From: an uncultured Verrucomicrobiae bacterium
GTDB taxonomy: Bacteria; Verrucomicrobiota; Verrucomicrobiia; Chthoniobacterales; JAFAMB01
Reading direction: 5' to 3'
Assembly: GCA_963750185.1 (NCBI GenBank)
Contig: CAVVPV010000028.1
Location: forward strand, 57,435-121,434
Length of the DNA: 64,000 nucleotides
A program made the translations under genes and the position numbers. This document shows, piece by piece, positions 62,090 through 64,000 of this stretch (its first letter is position 1; every line of letters begins with the position of its first letter). Below the pieces are notes generated by a model, which did no database searches, had not been told where the DNA came from, and saw only the letters and a program-made list of their open reading frames with translations.

Positions 62090-64000
62090 ACGATTTTCCG
62101 GAGCCTGAATCCCGATTTTTCAATCAGCGGCCCCAGATTTCTGACCGTGTCGCGGTCCTTTTCTTTCTCGGGTTCCGACAATTGCGTCCACGGAACGAGC
62201 AGGGGATGATGCTTACGGGAATTGTCTCTCGAAGGTGCAAAGGTCCAGCCGTTTTGACGGCGCTCGTCCATCCAGCGGTCATGCTCGCGGATGGCGAGGT
62301 CTTCGATCTCGTGTGCGGCGAGCTGGAGCTTTGAAGGGCTAAGTCCGTGACTTGGCGAGAGCTCGTAGCCGAGCCGGTTTAACTTGTTAGGAATGTCAGC
62401 GGCTTGAGCGCGATTAGCGTCCTTGACGTCTTCTGATAATTCTTCCCAGGGCCGCAGCGCGCTGTTATTCGCCGGCGTCTTCCCTGCGGCTTGGGCTTTC
62501 GCACAATAAAACGAGTGGATCGCCTTTGCTAGCTCTTCGATATCCAAAGAACGTTTAGGGATGATGCGATAAATGCGATATTGGCCTGGGAAATCTTTTG
62601 CCAATTTCATGCTGCCGGCATATTCGCAGATGAAGCGTGATTCCTGCTGACTTTGGCCGCTGTTGATTCGCCGCTGGATTTCCGAACCTAATTCGGCCAT
62701 GGCCGCAAACTCTTCGCTCGCATAGACCTCTCCCGGTCTGGTTACCGGCTCGATCCTTGCCGCACGACTGACGTGTGCGCCGGTGAAACCAAGTTGGCGA
62801 ACAACAGGATTATAGTGCATGAATACCGGGCCGCTATGGAGTCCGATCCGAATGTTAAGCGGTGTCTGGACTTTTTCGCCGTCACCCGGGGAAGGTGCCT
62901 CGTAATAAAGACCGCGGCTTATCCAAGTTTCTTCGCCCTCTTTGATCAACTTTGTTAATTCGAGAGCAAAGCAGCCTGCGTCGTGCGCAAGGTCGAACAC
63001 CGCGTACACAGCGTCTCCCCAAGTACTGACGCTTATCGGCGCGTGTTTACTGGAAGCGAGCAATTGAGAGACTTGCTCCAGGAATACCCCTACAAATTCA
63101 GGAATTACCTTCTCGGTTAGTTTGCTGTATCCAACGATATCTGCGAATAACATGCTCTTCACTTCCTGGTGAAGTGTGGCTCGCTCGCTTCGGTTCTTTA
63201 GAGGCCGGAAATAGGTTACGGGATCCGGTGCCTCGGGCATTCGGACGATGATCGGTTCCTGTTTCAGCTCATGTCTCCAAAAGTGGACAAACGAAGCGGT
63301 CCCGCCTTCTCCGGCGCCAGGCAAGCCGTCCCAAAGCACCATTGGTTGAACATCCAATCGGGAAGCTCGCGCCGTATGGAGCGCGAGACCGGCGGTTACT
63401 TCGAGGGCAAATTGCCAGCTGACATCGCTCCCCGGCTCATACAGTTGACCGATTTCACGGACGGTTGCCGCATCGCGAATAGCCTGGTCGAACAGGGGAG
63501 TCCAAATCGCTGGACCATGCTCCGGCTCAAATTGAGTGACGCTAGTTTGGCGAAACTCGGCCTTGGACCACGGAAGCACAACGTGAACTTCTGCCCCGCG
63601 CTCTCGCAGTGCTTCAATGAAAAGAAGATCAGCACCGGCAGCTGCGTTTACGAGGCCCACTCGCACGTCCGCATCAATGACTTGCGCGCTCAAACGCTTA
63701 CGGACCAGATCGAGTATTTCAATTGGGAAACGGCCTCTTTGTCCGGGTGGATCCGGCAAATGCCCGGAAAAAACAACCAGCTGTAGCGGGGGAAAGGCTG
63801 ACTTAAAGAAGCTTCGTGGTTGACCGACCGCTTCTGCCAAAAATTGAGCGTCGTACCTGGCACCGGCCAGATCTGCGACCTTGACGCCATGCAGCCCTGC
63901 CATGTCGTGATAATTGGCAAAGGCAATGTCCAGCTCACCGAGGATGGTATGCGCGATCGCGCGAGCGTGCACGACAGCAACTCCAGGACCCTCGTCCTGT
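62086..64000 (-). CDS. Multidomain signalling protein: unassigned Rossmann-like N-terminal domain + class III nucleotidyl cyclase + RyR-domain repeats (5' end outside window)
   Basis: Cyclase blocks: SMLFADIVGYSKL, TWGDAVYAVF, RIGLHSGPV, FTGAHVSRAARIE. C-terminal RyR-like blocks: LAKAIHSFY...PWEELSEDVKDANRAQAADIPNKL and IREHDRWMDERRQNGWTF...HPLLVPWTQLSEPEKEKDRDTVRNL. The frame upstream of the track's GTG (63972) stays open to base 63999, so the gene is probably 5'-truncated by the window. Confidence 0.75.
   Translation of the reverse strand, partial: QDEGPGVAVVHARAIAHTILGELDIAFANYHDMAGLHGVKVADLAGARYDAQFLAEAVGQPRSFFKSAFPPLQLVVFSGHLPDPPGQRGRFPIEILDLVRKRLSAQVIDADVRVGLVNAAAGADLLFIEALRERGAEVHVVLPWSKAEFRQTSVTQFEPEHGPAIWTPLFDQAIRDAATVREIGQLYEPGSDVSWQFALEVTAGLALHTARASRLDVQPMVLWDGLPGAGEGGTASFVHFWRHELKQEPIIVRMPEAPDPVTYFRPLKNRSERATLHQEVKSMLFADIVGYSKLTEKVIPEFVGVFLEQVSQLLASSKHAPISVSTWGDAVYAVFDLAHDAGCFALELTKLIKEGEETWISRGLYYEAPSPGDGEKVQTPLNIRIGLHSGPVFMHYNPVVRQLGFTGAHVSRAARIEPVTRPGEVYASEEFAAMAELGSEIQRRINSGQSQQESRFICEYAGSMKLAKDFPGQYRIYRIIPKRSLDIEELAKAIHSFYCAKAQAAGKTPANNSALRPWEELSEDVKDANRAQAADIPNKLNRLGYELSPSHGLSPSKLQLAAHEIEDLAIREHDRWMDERRQNGWTFAPSRDNSRKHHPLLVPWTQLSEPEKEKDRDTVRNLGPLIEKSGFRLRKIV

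Noticed and set aside
1-64000. Scan for tRNA, rRNA, tmRNA and integrase/att boundaries
   Set aside because: I saw no GTTCGAATC/T-loop-type cloverleaf candidates, no rRNA-like conserved stretches, and no tyrosine or serine recombinase ORF. Absence by eye is not proof; tRNAscan-SE or Infernal should confirm it.

Overview
This is a 64-kb chromosomal segment from a moderately GC-rich Gram-negative bacterium. Gene content and repeat style suggest a soil Verrucomicrobia/PVC- or Acidobacteria-like genome, but that is a guess. All calls come from reading the ORF translations and the raw DNA by eye; I ran no searches and computed no statistics.

Layout:
(1) 1-7.8 kb: late cobalamin / nucleotide-loop operon on the minus strand (cbiB partial, cobQ, cobD, cobU, cobS, bluB::cobT fusion). 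It sits behind a probable cobalamin riboswitch, with a divergent pduX-like threonine kinase.
(2) 8.1-17.2 kb: TPR protein, alpha-2-macroglobulin with a CFEQ thioester-like motif, and pbpC.
(3) 17.2-18.7 kb: KirBac-type K+ channel flanked by odd repeats.
(4) 18.9-21.5 kb: M24 peptidase gene split by a 1.5-kb insertion carrying a decayed transposase.
(5) 21.9-30.4 kb: a repeat-dense spacer, hflKC, a metallophosphoesterase, a REP-associated tyrosine transposase (RAYT) with its REP hairpins, and clpC.
(6) about 30.6-42.0 kb: a visibly more AT-rich accessory island. It contains the most interesting candidate, a coupled gene pair encoding a SIR2-like/TIR fusion protein and an nSTAND-type NTPase with a hydrophobic helix and a TPR array. 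The island also holds a transposase fragment, an operon of an unlisted 58-aa zinc-ribbon ORF + GAF protein + signal-less S8 protease, and a cluster of IPT/TIG membrane protein, SLT-like muramidase, LprI/DUF1311 inhibitor-like protein and DUF1643.
(7) 42-49.5 kb: sugar ABC transporter, two Gfo/Idh/MocA oxidoreductases and a long NagB fusion.
(8) 49.9-60.2 kb: mixed housekeeping genes plus a Tat-signal Gly/Trp-repeat peptide.
(9) 60.3-64 kb: AT-rich spacer, hairpin array, MITE-like element, and a 5'-partial Rossmann-like + class III cyclase + RyR-domain protein.

I found no rRNA, tRNA or CRISPR array.
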